Source of the DNA: Planctomycetota bacterium
GTDB taxonomy: Bacteria; Planctomycetota; UBA1135; UBA2386
Direction of reading: 5' to 3'
DNA: 64,000 nucleotides
Assembly (NCBI GenBank): GCA_965228735.1
Contig: OZ245838.1
Span: forward strand, 5,344,001 to 5,408,000
Shown here one piece after another: positions 21,224 through 33,734 of the stretch. The notes beneath the pieces were generated by a model. That model had not been told where the DNA came from. It saw only the letters and a list, made by a program, of their open reading frames with translations, and made no database searches. The position numbers and the translations under genes were made by a program. Numbering within the stretch: the first letter of the stretch is position 1; every line of letters begins with the position of its first letter.

Positions 21224-22057
21224 TCAACGCGCCGAACGCAGCAGCGTCTGGGCCTGCTCCGACAGGCCGAGCAGCGGCAGTTCACGTTCGAACTGCGCCA
21301 TGCTGCCGTGGCCCGCGAGGTACGCGTTGATGCGCATCGCGGCGGTCGAGTTCACGAAGTCGTGCAGGTCCGGGTAGATCGCGCGCAGTTCCTGCTCGAG
21401 CAGGTCCTCGCTGCGCAGTCGATACTTCTGGTGGTAGTCCTCCGCGAGCCAGAAGCGGTCGAGCGGTGCGACGACCGTCTGCAGGTCGCTCTCGTCCTCG
21501 ACGAACTTCGCGACGGCGCGTTCGACCGCCGCCTTCTGGGCGTCGTCGTGGAAGAAGATCGCCGACATGTACTGGCGGCTCCAGGCGCGGCTGCACGGGT
21601 TGTGCGACTCGAAGACGAGCTCGAGGAGTTCGTCGTAGGTGATGCGCTGCGGGTCGAAGTCGACCTGGAACGACTCGGTGTGGTCACCGAGCGAGCGGTA
21701 GGTCGGCGCGTCCTTGGTGCCGCCCGTGTAGCCCACGCGCGTTCGCAGCACGCCATCGAGACTCCCGAACCGGGAGTCCGGGGTCCAGAATCAACCGAGG
21801 GCGAAGGTCGCGGTCTGGAACTCGGCCGGCGCGGCGCCATCGATCGCCGGGATCGCCGGTGCGGCCGCGGTCCGGGCCGCGGGCTCTTGACTGGTCTCGG
21901 TCATCGATATCGTCGCCTCGGTGTCGGCACCCGCGATGCGGGCCTCCGTCTCCACGCAGCCGGCGAGCAGCAGGCCCATGGCGAGGGCGTTAGCCACCAG
22001 CAGGGCCGCGGGAACGCGGTTCCACGGGCGGCGGGTCTCGGCCGTTGCGCGGTGCAT
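21224..22057 (-). CDS. msrA: Peptide methionine sulfoxide reductase A, predicted selenoprotein (Sec at TGA 21793-21791), lipoprotein
   Basis: Read-through gives LLLAGC lipobox...TATFALG-U-FWTPD...GVLRTRVGYTGG...PTY...DHTE...QYMSAIF...FWLAEDYHQKY. The TGA occupies the Cys of the invariant GCFW motif. Confidence 0.92.
21760..21778 (-). promoter_or_regulatory. Putative bacterial SECIS hairpin for the MsrA UGA
   Basis: mRNA GACUCCC-GGUUC-GGGAGUC, a perfect stem starting after a 12-nt spacer downstream of the UGA. Confidence 0.75.
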
Positions 22058-22166
22058 GTCGTGATCCTACGCGGGATTCGCCGAGAGTTCCCCCGCGGAC
22101 GCAGCGGTCGCCCGATTCGCCTCCGGGCGCGTCGTCGCGTAAGGTGAGGCGCCGACCGCCCTCGCA

Positions 22167-24710
22167 ATGACCAGCACCCAGAACTCCGACCGCGACGTCG
22201 CCCGGCCGCCCTCGTGGAGCAAGGACAGCGTCCTGCTCGATTATCGCATTGCCCTGCAGTCGCGATTCACCGACGACGTCGAGGAGAACTGGAAGAACGC
22301 GGGCCGCATCAAGTTCGACATCCTCGGCGCGGGTCAGGAGATCGCGCAGATCTGCGCGGTGCGGCCGCTCGTGCCCGGCGACTGGATGCGGGGCTACTAC
22401 CGCGGGTTCGCCGAGGCGCTGTTCACCGAGACCACGACGGTGCGCGAGGCCCTCGCCCAGGTCCTCGGCAACACCGAAGAAGGCTGCGATCCGGCGTCCG
22501 GTGGCCGGATGATGGGGCGGCACTTCGGCAGTCGCCTGCTCGATGACGACGGCGAGCCCGTCGACTTCATGCAGCAGATCAACCGCGGCTCGGACGTGTC
22601 GCCGACGGGTTCGCAGCTCGGCCCGGCACTCGGTCTCGCGCTCGCGAGCAACGTGTTCGCCGACAATCCGGCGATCGAGGAGCGCTTCCCGGGACTCAGC
22701 AAGGGCGGCAACGAAGTCACGCACGTGAGCATCGGCGACGCGAGCATGTCGGAAGGCATCGCGCTCGAGTCGATCTTCCAGGCCGTGGTGCAGCGCGTGC
22801 CGCTCGTTCTCAGCGTTTACGACAACGGCTTCGGCATCTCGGTGCCGATCTCGCAGCAGACGCCCAACGCGAGCATCTCGGTCGCGCTCGAGGGGCTCGC
22901 GAGCGAGGCCGACGGCGGCGCGCGCGTCATCGGGCCGATCCACGACTGGGACTACGCCGAGTGCCGCAAGGCGTACGAAGAGGCCTACGCGTGGGTGCGG
23001 GAGCATCGCGTGCCGGTCATCGTGCACGCGATGGTGACGCAGCCGCGCGGGCACAGCAGCTCGGGCGATCACCGGCGCTACAAGAGCGCCGAGCGGTTGC
23101 AGTTCGAGAAGGACCACGACGGCATTGCCGCGCTGCGGCAGTGGGCGATCGATGCCGGCGTCGCGACGGGTGAAGAGCTCGATGCCGTGGAGCGCGAGGC
23201 GAAGGCGCACGTGCAGGCCGAGGCGGATGCCGCGTGGGCCGAGTACTACGAGCCGATCGTGGCGCTCGCGCACGCGGCGACGGAGCTGTTCGAGCGCGTG
23301 GGGGCCGGCGACTCGTCGCCGGCCGGGCTCGATGACGCGATCGCGCGACTGCGCGCGGGCTCGCGGCTCGACATCAAGCAGGGTTTCCTCACGCGCAGCA
23401 TCGTGCTCGAGGAGGCGCGCAAGATCCTGGCCGCGACGGCCGGCAGCGACGCCGACGCGCGGGCCGAGTTGCTCACGTTCTATGAACGCGAGCGCGCGGA
23501 CGGCCAACGGCGCTTCTCGTCCAACCTCTACGCCAGCGGCAGGCACAGTCCGTGCGAAGCGCCCGCGGTCGCGCCACAGAACGGCGACCAGCCGCGTCTG
23601 GATACCGGCGCGCACATCATGGCGGCCGGCGTCGCGACGCTGATGCGGCAGGATCCGCGCGTCGTCACGTTCGGCGAGGACACGGGCGAGCTCGGCGGCG
23701 TGACGACGTGCTCGATCGGCCTGCAGGGTGGCAAGAGCCAGGTGCTGCCGGAGATCTGGAAGCGCTCGCCCGCGCTCGAGATGTTCATGCCCGAGGCCGG
23801 CTTCGGCCGCGGGCGCATCTGGGACACGGCGATCGCGGAGAACTCGATCGTCGGCACGGCCGCCGGTCTCGCGGTGCGCGGGCTGCGGCCGATCGCCGAG
23901 ATCCAGTATCACGACTACGCCAACTACGGGGTGCCGCAGCTCAGCGAAGAGCTCGCGTGTCTGCGGCATCGCACCGACGGTGGTCAGGAGAGTCCGGCGA
24001 TCGTCTGGTGCCAGGGGCACCGGCTGCTCGGCATGTGGCACTCGGGTTCGCCGATGGGGATGTTCATGACGATCCCGGGCTTGCGCGTGCTCGTGCCCCG
24101 GGACGCGATCCAGGCCGTGGGCATGTATCGCGCCGTCCTGACCCATGGCCGCGACCCCGCGTTCGTCGTCGTGCCGCTGCTCGACCTCTACAACAAGCTG
24201 CCCGTGCCGCAGAACCTCGACGAGGTCTGCGTGCCGCTCGGGCACTCCGAGGTGCTGCGCGAGGGCAGTGACCTCACGGTGATCACCTACGGCCACTGCT
24301 GTTCGCTCGCGCTCGCGGCGGCGAAGGACTTCGACGAGTTGTTCGGGCTGTCGGTCGAGGTCGTCGACCTGCAGACGCTCAACCCGCTCGATCTCAACGG
24401 CGTGGCGCAGCGATCGATCGAGAAGACCGGGCGCGTCCTGTTCCTCGACGAGGACTATCCCAACGGCGCGATGGCGATGGTGTCCAAAGCGCTGCTGCAC
24501 GACCGCTTCGCCGACGACGGCAACCAGGTGCTCTACTACCTCGAGAGCACGCGCACCCTGACGTCGCCCGACCACAAGCCGGCCTACGCGGAGGACGGCG
24601 GTTACTTCAGCAAGCCGCAGGTCCACGACATCGTCGAACGCCTCGCCGAACTGTGGAACGACGGCGTCGCGCGTTCCGCAGACGAAGTCCGCGTGCCCTG
24701 GCGTTCTTGA
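22167..24710 (+). CDS. 2-oxoacid dehydrogenase E1, fused alpha/beta (TPP-dependent)
   Basis: DPASGGRMMGRHF, TPP motif GDASMSEG...YDNGFGIS, GHSSSGDH, DTAIAENSIVG and EVVDLQTLNPLD. Confidence 0.9.
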   Translation: MTSTQNSDRDVARPPSWSKDSVLLDYRIALQSRFTDDVEENWKNAGRIKFDILGAGQEIAQICAVRPLVPGDWMRGYYRGFAEALFTETTTVREALAQVLGNTEEGCDPASGGRMMGRHFGSRLLDDDGEPVDFMQQINRGSDVSPTGSQLGPALGLALASNVFADNPAIEERFPGLSKGGNEVTHVSIGDASMSEGIALESIFQAVVQRVPLVLSVYDNGFGISVPISQQTPNASISVALEGLASEADGGARVIGPIHDWDYAECRKAYEEAYAWVREHRVPVIVHAMVTQPRGHSSSGDHRRYKSAERLQFEKDHDGIAALRQWAIDAGVATGEELDAVEREAKAHVQAEADAAWAEYYEPIVALAHAATELFERVGAGDSSPAGLDDAIARLRAGSRLDIKQGFLTRSIVLEEARKILAATAGSDADARAELLTFYERERADGQRRFSSNLYASGRHSPCEAPAVAPQNGDQPRLDTGAHIMAAGVATLMRQDPRVVTFGEDTGELGGVTTCSIGLQGGKSQVLPEIWKRSPALEMFMPEAGFGRGRIWDTAIAENSIVGTAAGLAVRGLRPIAEIQYHDYANYGVPQLSEELACLRHRTDGGQESPAIVWCQGHRLLGMWHSGSPMGMFMTIPGLRVLVPRDAIQAVGMYRAVLTHGRDPAFVVVPLLDLYNKLPVPQNLDEVCVPLGHSEVLREGSDLTVITYGHCCSLALAAAKDFDELFGLSVEVVDLQTLNPLDLNGVAQRSIEKTGRVLFLDEDYPNGAMAMVSKALLHDRFADDGNQVLYYLESTRTLTSPDHKPAYAEDGGYFSKPQVHDIVERLAELWNDGVARSADEVRVPWRS

Positions 24711-24822
24711 GGCGGGGCGCGGGTCGGGAGAACGGCCCGGATCGGAAGGCGGGGGTGGGCGGCCGGCTGCGTGTCGGTCACACTGGCGGGACCCCCTCTC
24801 CCCGAGATCCGCGAGGCCGCCG

Positions 24823-25638
24823 ATGCGCCTGATCGTTGCTCCGTTCCTGTTCGTTCTCCCCTTGACCGTCGTCGATGTCGTGCCGGCGCAGGACGAGGTC
24901 CTCACCCTGGAGCGCCGCACGAGCGCGCGCGCCTACGACAGCGCGGTCGCGCTGCTCAAGAAGACGCGCATGCAGTTCGTGGCCAGCGACATGACGCCGC
25001 GCGACCTCTGCAAGGCGCTCACGATGGGCGCTGGCGGCAAGCTCAACTTCTCGTGCAGCCGCAAGGTGTCGGAAGCCGCGCCGACGCTCGAACTCGATCT
25101 GCCACCGACCAGCCTGTGGTCGATCATGTCGATCGCCCAGATGGAGACGGGGCTGCGGTTCGTCTACCGCCACGGCATCGTGTTCCTCGTGCCGCAGGAC
25201 CAGGTCAAGCCGATGACCTACCTGCGCGTCTACGATCTGCGCAGCGCGACGATGCCGCTGCGCAGCTTCCCCGGTCCGGACCTCCGGCTGCGGTTGCCGA
25301 ACGAAGAACGCGTGCTCTTCCCCGAGGAGGAGATCTCGGAGACGACGCTCAGCGGCTTCACCGACGAGTCGCTCGAGACGCTGTTCCGCGAGACCGTCCG
25401 CCCCGAATCGTGGGAGGTCGAAGGCGTGAGCCTCAACGTGCAGAACGGCATCTTCCTCATTCGCCAGACCCCGGCCGTCCACCGCGAGATCCAGAAGACG
25501 CTGATCAAGATCGGACTCTGGTCACCGCCGCGCGTGCGTCGCATCCCGGCGCGGTCCGACACCCTGCACGCCGCATCGCGGCGCTATCCGGCGTTGCCGC
25601 CGCAGCGCTACCGCAGCTTCGGCACGTTCCGCTACTGA
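24823..25638 (+). CDS. Secreted hypothetical protein (secretin N-domain-like segment)
   Basis: Signal peptide; LRVYDLR...PESWE...LIRQTPAVHREIQKTL pattern. Confidence 0.6.
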   Translation: MRLIVAPFLFVLPLTVVDVVPAQDEVLTLERRTSARAYDSAVALLKKTRMQFVASDMTPRDLCKALTMGAGGKLNFSCSRKVSEAAPTLELDLPPTSLWSIMSIAQMETGLRFVYRHGIVFLVPQDQVKPMTYLRVYDLRSATMPLRSFPGPDLRLRLPNEERVLFPEEEISETTLSGFTDESLETLFRETVRPESWEVEGVSLNVQNGIFLIRQTPAVHREIQKTLIKIGLWSPPRVRRIPARSDTLHAASRRYPALPPQRYRSFGTFRY

Positions 25639-25645
25639 TTCGCGT

Positions 25646-25760
25646 TGGCGGTACCGAACCCGTTTCGAATCCGCCACCCTTCGACTGGCGCAAGGTACTC
25701 GCGTTCACGCGGTTGGAACGCCGCGCGCGTGGCGGATTCGAAACGGGTTCGGTACCGCCA
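25646..25760. repeat. Perfect 32-bp inverted repeat (REPIN/MITE-like) between convergent genes
   Basis: 25646-25677 tggcggtaccgaacccgtttcgaatccgccac is the exact reverse complement of 25729-25760; 51-bp spacer. Confidence 0.9.
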
Positions 25761-25761
25761 C

Positions 25762-27206
25762 TCAGGCGAGCAGCGGCGCGATCACGTTCCCGTGCACGTC
25801 GGTCAGGCGGTAGCGCCGGCCCTGGAAGCGATAGGTCAGGCGTTCGTGGTCGATGCCGAGCAGGTGCAGCGCGGTGGCCATGAGGTCGTGCGGACTCACC
25901 GGATCCCGCGCGACGTCGAAGCCGAACTCGTCGGTCTCGCCGTATGACGTTCCGGGTTTGCTGCCGCCGCCCGCGAGCCAGACCGTGAACGCATACGGGT
26001 GGTGATCGCGACCCTGGTCCTTGCCGCCGAGCTTGCCCTGCAAGAACGGCGTGCGGCCGAACTCGCCGCCCCAGATCACGAGCGTGTCGTCGAGCAGCCC
26101 GCGCTGCTGCAGGTCGAGCACGAGTGCCGCGGACGGCTGATCCGTGTCGCGACACTGGATCTCGAGTTGGGTGTAGAGGTTGCGATGCTGGTCCCAGCCC
26201 GCGTGCATCAGCTGCACGAATCGCGTTCCGCGTTCGACGAGGCGCCGCGCCATCAGGCAGTTGTAGGCGAAGCTGCCGCGGCGCTTCACGTCGGGGCCGT
26301 ACATCGCGAGGACGTGCTCGGGCTCGTCCGACAGGTCGGTCAGCTCGGGCACGGACGCCTGCATGCGGTAGGCCATCTCGTACTGCGCGGTTCGCGTATC
26401 GATCTCGGGGTCGCCGACGCGTTCCTGGTGCCGCGCGTTGAGCTTCGCGATGCCATCGAGCATCTCGCGCCGCAGTTGTCGGTCGATGCCCGCGGGGTCG
26501 TCGACGTAGAGCACCGGGTTGCCCGAGCCGCGGAACTTCACGCCCTGGTGCACCGTCGGCAGGAAGCCGCTGCCCCAGTAGTGGTCGTAGAAGATCTGCC
26601 CGCACGACGCTTCCTTGTCGCGCGAGGTCATCGCGACGTAGGTCGGCAGGTCGTCGCACTCGCGGCCGAGGCCGTAGGACAGCCACGCTCCCATGCTGGG
26701 GCGGCCCGGCCGTTCGCTGCCCGTGAGCAGGAACGTGATCGCCGGTGCGTGGTTGACCTGGGTCGTGCGCATCGACTTCACGAAGCACAGCTGATCGGCG
26801 ATCGAGCCGGTCCACGGCATGAGCCGTGACACCGTCGCGCCGCTCTGTCCGCGGCGTTCGAACGGGCGCAACGCGCGGAGACACGGGCGCGCCGTCTGGC
26901 TGCCCGTCATCGTGCTGAAGCGGCGCCCCTTGGCGATCGAGTCCGGAATCTGCTGGCCGTGCATGGCGGCGAGGCGCGGCTTGTGATCGAACAGGTCGAC
27001 GTGCGAGGGGGCGCCGTTCTGGAAGAGGTAAATCACGCGCCGGGCCTTCGGCGTGTGGTGGGGACAGCCGTCGGTGGTCGCCAAGAGCCCGTTCGGCAGC
27101 CGTCCATCCCGCAGCAACGAGTCGAGCGCCATCGCCCCGAGGCCGAGCCCCGAACCGCCGAGCAAGGCCCGGCGGGTGAGCGCGCGGTGCAGTTCGGTCG
27201 TGGGGT

Positions 27207-27210
<4 letters not shown>
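25762..27210 (-). CDS. DUF1501 protein (Tat signal, sulfatase-like fold)
   Basis: TRRALL, VIYLFQNGAPSHVDLFD, GWDQH, GEFGRTP and GRDHHP motifs. Confidence 0.92.
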
Positions 27211-30224
<3,014 letters not shown>

Positions 30225-30229
30225 GGAAC

Positions 30230-31819
30230 TCAGCGGTTGCCGCTGGCCTCGGCGGCCGCGGCCGCGCGTTCGTCCTTCTGCCGCTGCACCATCACGGCGA
30301 CATCGGCGAGCAACGCCTTGCTGTCGTAGACGATGCCGTCCTTGATGGTGTAACGCACTCCGCCGACGCGCGTTGGCTCGCCGCTCTCGTCGTCGAGCTT
30401 GAGTGCGCCGGTGCCGTAGAGCACCTTGAAGTTGGCCAGCGGGTTCTCCTCGACGAGCACGAGGTCCGCGAGCATGCCCTTGCGGATCACGCAGAACTCG
30501 ATCGGCTTCCCCTTCGGCTCGAAGATCGTCCGCGCGCAGTTCATCGTCGCGGCCTGGATCACCTCGAGCGGGTGGAAGCCGGCTTCTTGCAGCAGCTCGA
30601 ACTCCTCGATGTGGCCGAAGCCGTAGGTCTTGTAGATGAAGCCCGCGTCGGCGCCGACCGTGATGCGGCCGCCCATGCGTTTGTAGTCGTTCACGAGCTG
30701 CATCCAGACGCGATAGAAGTTGCGCCACGCGACCTCGTCGGCCGTCGTCCAGTAGAACCAGTACGAACCGTGGAAGCTGCGGCTCGGCGCGAAGAAGTCC
30801 ATGAGTGACGGCAGCGTGTAGCGGTCGTGCCACTCGGCGCACCGCGCGCGCATCAGGTCGCGGTTGGCGGCGTAGATCGTCATCGTCGGGTTGAAGACGG
30901 TGCCGAGCTCGAGGTGTTCCTGCAGGTAGGCGTTCCACTCGTCGCTGCCGGGCGGATGGATCTTGTCCCACAGCCGGGCGACCTGCGCGAAGCGCATCTG
31001 CTCGTCGTTGTAGTTCATGTCGACGGGCCACGGCTGCACGACGTGGTCCTTCATGAGCGCTTCGAAGTGCCCGTAGAAGTGCGTCACCGTCTGCAGGCCC
31101 ATGCGCGCGGCGTCGATCGCGTTCATCTGCGCGACACCGGTCTGCGCGAGGTGCGCGATCGTGCCGAGGCCGTGCTTCTCGGCCTCGAGCAGCAGCTGCC
31201 GCATGACCGTCGGCTCGTAGGCGCCGAGCTTGATCCCGTCGAGCCCCGTCGCCACGCGGGCCTCGACCCAGCGCGTCGCCGCCTCGGCGGAGTGCACACC
31301 GTTCGGTCGCTGGTAGTTGAAGATTCGCGGTGCAGTGATCTCGTTCTTGCTGCTGCGCGCTTTCTCGCTCTCCGTCCAGTCGTGGCCGGCGAGCGGCACG
31401 CCGCGGACCGTCGTGATGCCGTGCGCGAGCCAGAGCTTGTAGACGTACTCCGCCTCCGGCGCCTTCTTGCCGCCACCGCAGTGCGCGTGCATGTCGATGA
31501 AGCCGGGCAGCAGGTACATCCCGCGCGCATCGATGACCTTGGTCGGCCGCAGCGCGGGCCCGCCGACGGCGCTGATCTTGTTGCCCGAGATCAGTACGTT
31601 CGTCGGTCCGCGCGGCGGCGCGCCCGTGCCGTCGATCACGATCGCGCCGCGCAGCAGGAGGCGTTCGTAGGGACCTTCCCCCTCGTCATCCGGTCGGTCC
31701 GGCGCCGGGGCGGGGTTCTGCGCGGCGAGCAGCGAGGCGAGGACCCCGACCATCAGGGTCGTCAGCGGGGCGAACGAGCGCGCCGAACGGGTTCGGCGGG
31801 GACGGAACGGTGTGGGCAT
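30230..31819 (-). CDS. Amidohydrolase family protein, secreted
   Basis: PGFIDMHAH, GADAG and ADLVLVEENPL motifs. The true start is about 31819; the ORF-track extension upstream is not credible. Confidence 0.88.
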   Translation of the reverse strand: MPTPFRPRRTRSARSFAPLTTLMVGVLASLLAAQNPAPAPDRPDDEGEGPYERLLLRGAIVIDGTGAPPRGPTNVLISGNKISAVGGPALRPTKVIDARGMYLLPGFIDMHAHCGGGKKAPEAEYVYKLWLAHGITTVRGVPLAGHDWTESEKARSSKNEITAPRIFNYQRPNGVHSAEAATRWVEARVATGLDGIKLGAYEPTVMRQLLLEAEKHGLGTIAHLAQTGVAQMNAIDAARMGLQTVTHFYGHFEALMKDHVVQPWPVDMNYNDEQMRFAQVARLWDKIHPPGSDEWNAYLQEHLELGTVFNPTMTIYAANRDLMRARCAEWHDRYTLPSLMDFFAPSRSFHGSYWFYWTTADEVAWRNFYRVWMQLVNDYKRMGGRITVGADAGFIYKTYGFGHIEEFELLQEAGFHPLEVIQAATMNCARTIFEPKGKPIEFCVIRKGMLADLVLVEENPLANFKVLYGTGALKLDDESGEPTRVGGVRYTIKDGIVYDSKALLADVAVMVQRQKDERAAAAAEASGNR

Positions 31820-31869
31820 GGTGCGACCGAGCGGGAGGGGGCTCGATCTTACCGCTGGTCGGGCACAGT

Positions 31870-31975
31870 GCGACTCGGGCAGGGGGCGACGCGGGCAGGG
31901 GGCGACGCGGGCAGCGGGCGACGCGGGGAGCGGGCGACTCGGGCAGCGGGCGACGCGGGGAGAGCGCGGCGCGGG
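31870..31975 (+). repeat. 6.5 x 16-bp G-rich tandem repeat
   Basis: Units gcgactcgggcagggg, gcgacgcgggcagggg, gcgacgcgggcagcgg, gcgacgcggggagcgg, gcgactcgggcagcgg, gcgacgcggggagagc. Confidence 0.85.
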
Positions 31976-32533
31976 CTCGACCCTCGGCCGCGCGCCGAAT
32001 ACGTCGGCGACAGCGGGCCGCGGGGCGTTCTCTTCCAACTCCCCGCGACTTCGCTGCCTCGACGGCCGCGCCTGGGATACGCGGCTCCGTTGTTCTGCAG
32101 TGCCTCGCAGCCGGGGGTCGTCGGCTCCTGGGCAGGCACCGACGCGGCTACGCGACTTCGTCCAGTTGTGATTTTCGGACGGAACTGGTGCTGCTCGAGA
32201 GTCGTTTTCCCGCCGCCTCGGGGTCGACGGCCGCGTTGTCATCGGTCTTTGAGCGGACTGCGGGAGAGCCCCTAGGCGATATCCCGGAGAGCGGCATCGG
32301 CCCGAGCATCGGTTACGTGACGGAAGCCCCGAACCACCGTTGTCGCGGGCCAACCGCCATTGGGGAAATCCCGAACGTGGGCTATCCTTGCCGCCGCGCG
32401 GTTTTTCGGCCGCCAGCTCACGTTCTTGGGACCGTTCGTGCCGAGCCCGACCACGGGCCTGGTTCGAACTGCGGGCGTCGGCCGGAACCGTCAGCGCGTG
32501 CCACCGTATCGCGGGTCCTGCTGCCCGCTCGTC

Positions 32534-33220
32534 ATGTCCTTTCTCCACTACGTCCGGACTCTCAAGGGTGTCATCGGGATGCTCCGCAACCCGGAGGGCA
32601 CGGAGTCCGTGTTCGACATCGAGGATGGCCTCAAGGACGTCGAGGCGACGCGCGGCATCGTCGAACGCGTGACGGAGTCCGCGGCCGTCGCCAGCCTGAT
32701 GCGTGAGCGCTACCTCGCCGAGGCGACCGATGTCGATCGGCTCGCAGCGCTGCCGGTCGGGTCGCTCGGTCACGCGTTCGCCATGCACATTCGCACGAAC
32801 GGCTTCGACCCCGACTACTACCGCAAGATCGAGGTCGAGAGCGATCTCGACTGGGTTCTCATGCGAATGCGACAGACGCACGACATCTGGCACGTCGTGA
32901 CCGGCATCGGCGTCGACCGCCTCGGCGAGATCGCGGTCAAGGCGTTCGAGCTCGCGCAGACATGGCGCCCGCTCGCGGCCGTCATCACGACGGGCGGACT
33001 GCTGCGCTACCTGATCAAGGAACCCGATCGGCTCGGGGAGGTCATGGAGCACATCTCGCACGGCTACCAACTCGGACGTCACGCCCAACCGTTCCTGGCC
33101 CAGCGCTGGGAGGAGGGGTGGGAGCGGCCGCTCACCGCGTGGCGGGAGCAGGTCGGCCTCCCCGCGGAGATTCCGCCGGTCGGTGAGTTTCGGCCAGCGT
33201 GCGAGGCCACCGAGGGATGA
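32534..33220 (+). CDS. Coq4-family protein
   Basis: LAALPVGSLGHAF and RMRQTHDIWHVVTG...GE (HDxxH...E) motifs. Confidence 0.85.
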   Translation: MSFLHYVRTLKGVIGMLRNPEGTESVFDIEDGLKDVEATRGIVERVTESAAVASLMRERYLAEATDVDRLAALPVGSLGHAFAMHIRTNGFDPDYYRKIEVESDLDWVLMRMRQTHDIWHVVTGIGVDRLGEIAVKAFELAQTWRPLAAVITTGGLLRYLIKEPDRLGEVMEHISHGYQLGRHAQPFLAQRWEEGWERPLTAWREQVGLPAEIPPVGEFRPACEATEG

Positions 33221-33585
33221 CCGCGCCGCTGCCCGCCGGGCTCCAGAACTTCGACGAGTTCTGGCCGCACTACCTCGAGCAGCACCGCCGGGCCGGGTGC
33301 CGGGTCATGCACTATCTGGCGGCGATCACGGCCGTGACCCTGCTCGTCATCGCCTGCTGCGCGGCGTGTCCTTGGACCATGATGTCGGTGCCGATCGCGG
33401 CCTACCTGCTCGCGTGGCTCGGACACGCGCTCATCGAGCGCAACCGGCCCGCGACCTGGCGCTATCCGGTCTGGTCGTTGCGGGCCGAGGTGCGCATGGT
33501 CACCCTTGCCGTACGCGGCCGGCTCGGCGACGAACTGCGCCGAGCTGGTCCAGGAACTTCGGCGCGGCCAGACCCGCCGAACTGA
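33217..33585 (+). CDS. DUF962 / Mpo1-like membrane protein
   Basis: FDEFWPHYLEQH, MHY, AWLGHALIERNRPATW; ATGA overlap with the Coq4 gene. Confidence 0.85.
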   Translation: MTAPLPAGLQNFDEFWPHYLEQHRRAGCRVMHYLAAITAVTLLVIACCAACPWTMMSVPIAAYLLAWLGHALIERNRPATWRYPVWSLRAEVRMVTLAVRGRLGDELRRAGPGTSARPDPPN

Positions 33586-33596
33586 CCGATCGCCCG

Positions 33597-33619
33597 TGCA
33601 CACTCAAAGCACCAGCTAT
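33597..33619 (+). repeat. Dispersed repeat copy (matches 56183-56205 in reverse orientation)
   Basis: tgcacactcaaagcaccagctat, 23/23 identical to the reverse complement of 56183-56205. Confidence 0.85.
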
Positions 33620-33734
33620 CGCGGCTGCCGAATCGCCGATCGAACGGGTCGTACGACCCGCATTGGCAGCACGTTAGCCCGATTTCGACCGAGCGGCCGC
33701 CCGAGCCGGCTGCCGCGCAACGTCGTCGTCGAGC

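Noticed and set aside
17649..22057. Calling the split Prx and MsrA genes pseudogenes
   Set aside because: Each has a single TGA exactly at the catalytic Cys codon, intact frames on both sides and a downstream hairpin. Sec recoding explains this better.
25655..25680. tRNA 3' end or att site (TTCGAATCCGCCACC)
   Set aside because: No cloverleaf can be built and no integrase is nearby; the motif is part of the inverted-repeat arm.
32100..32300. tmRNA or glycine riboswitch in the long intergenic gap
   Set aside because: No tRNA-like ends or AA-stop tag frame; the GGAGAG lacks the downstream CCGAAG/CTCTCAGG elements.
31820..33088. N-terminal extension of the amidohydrolase ORF in the track (similar extensions on the IorB-like, PSD1 and VPS10 genes)
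   Set aside because: It runs through a tandem repeat and antisense to the Coq4 gene; signal peptides and -10 boxes place the starts downstream.
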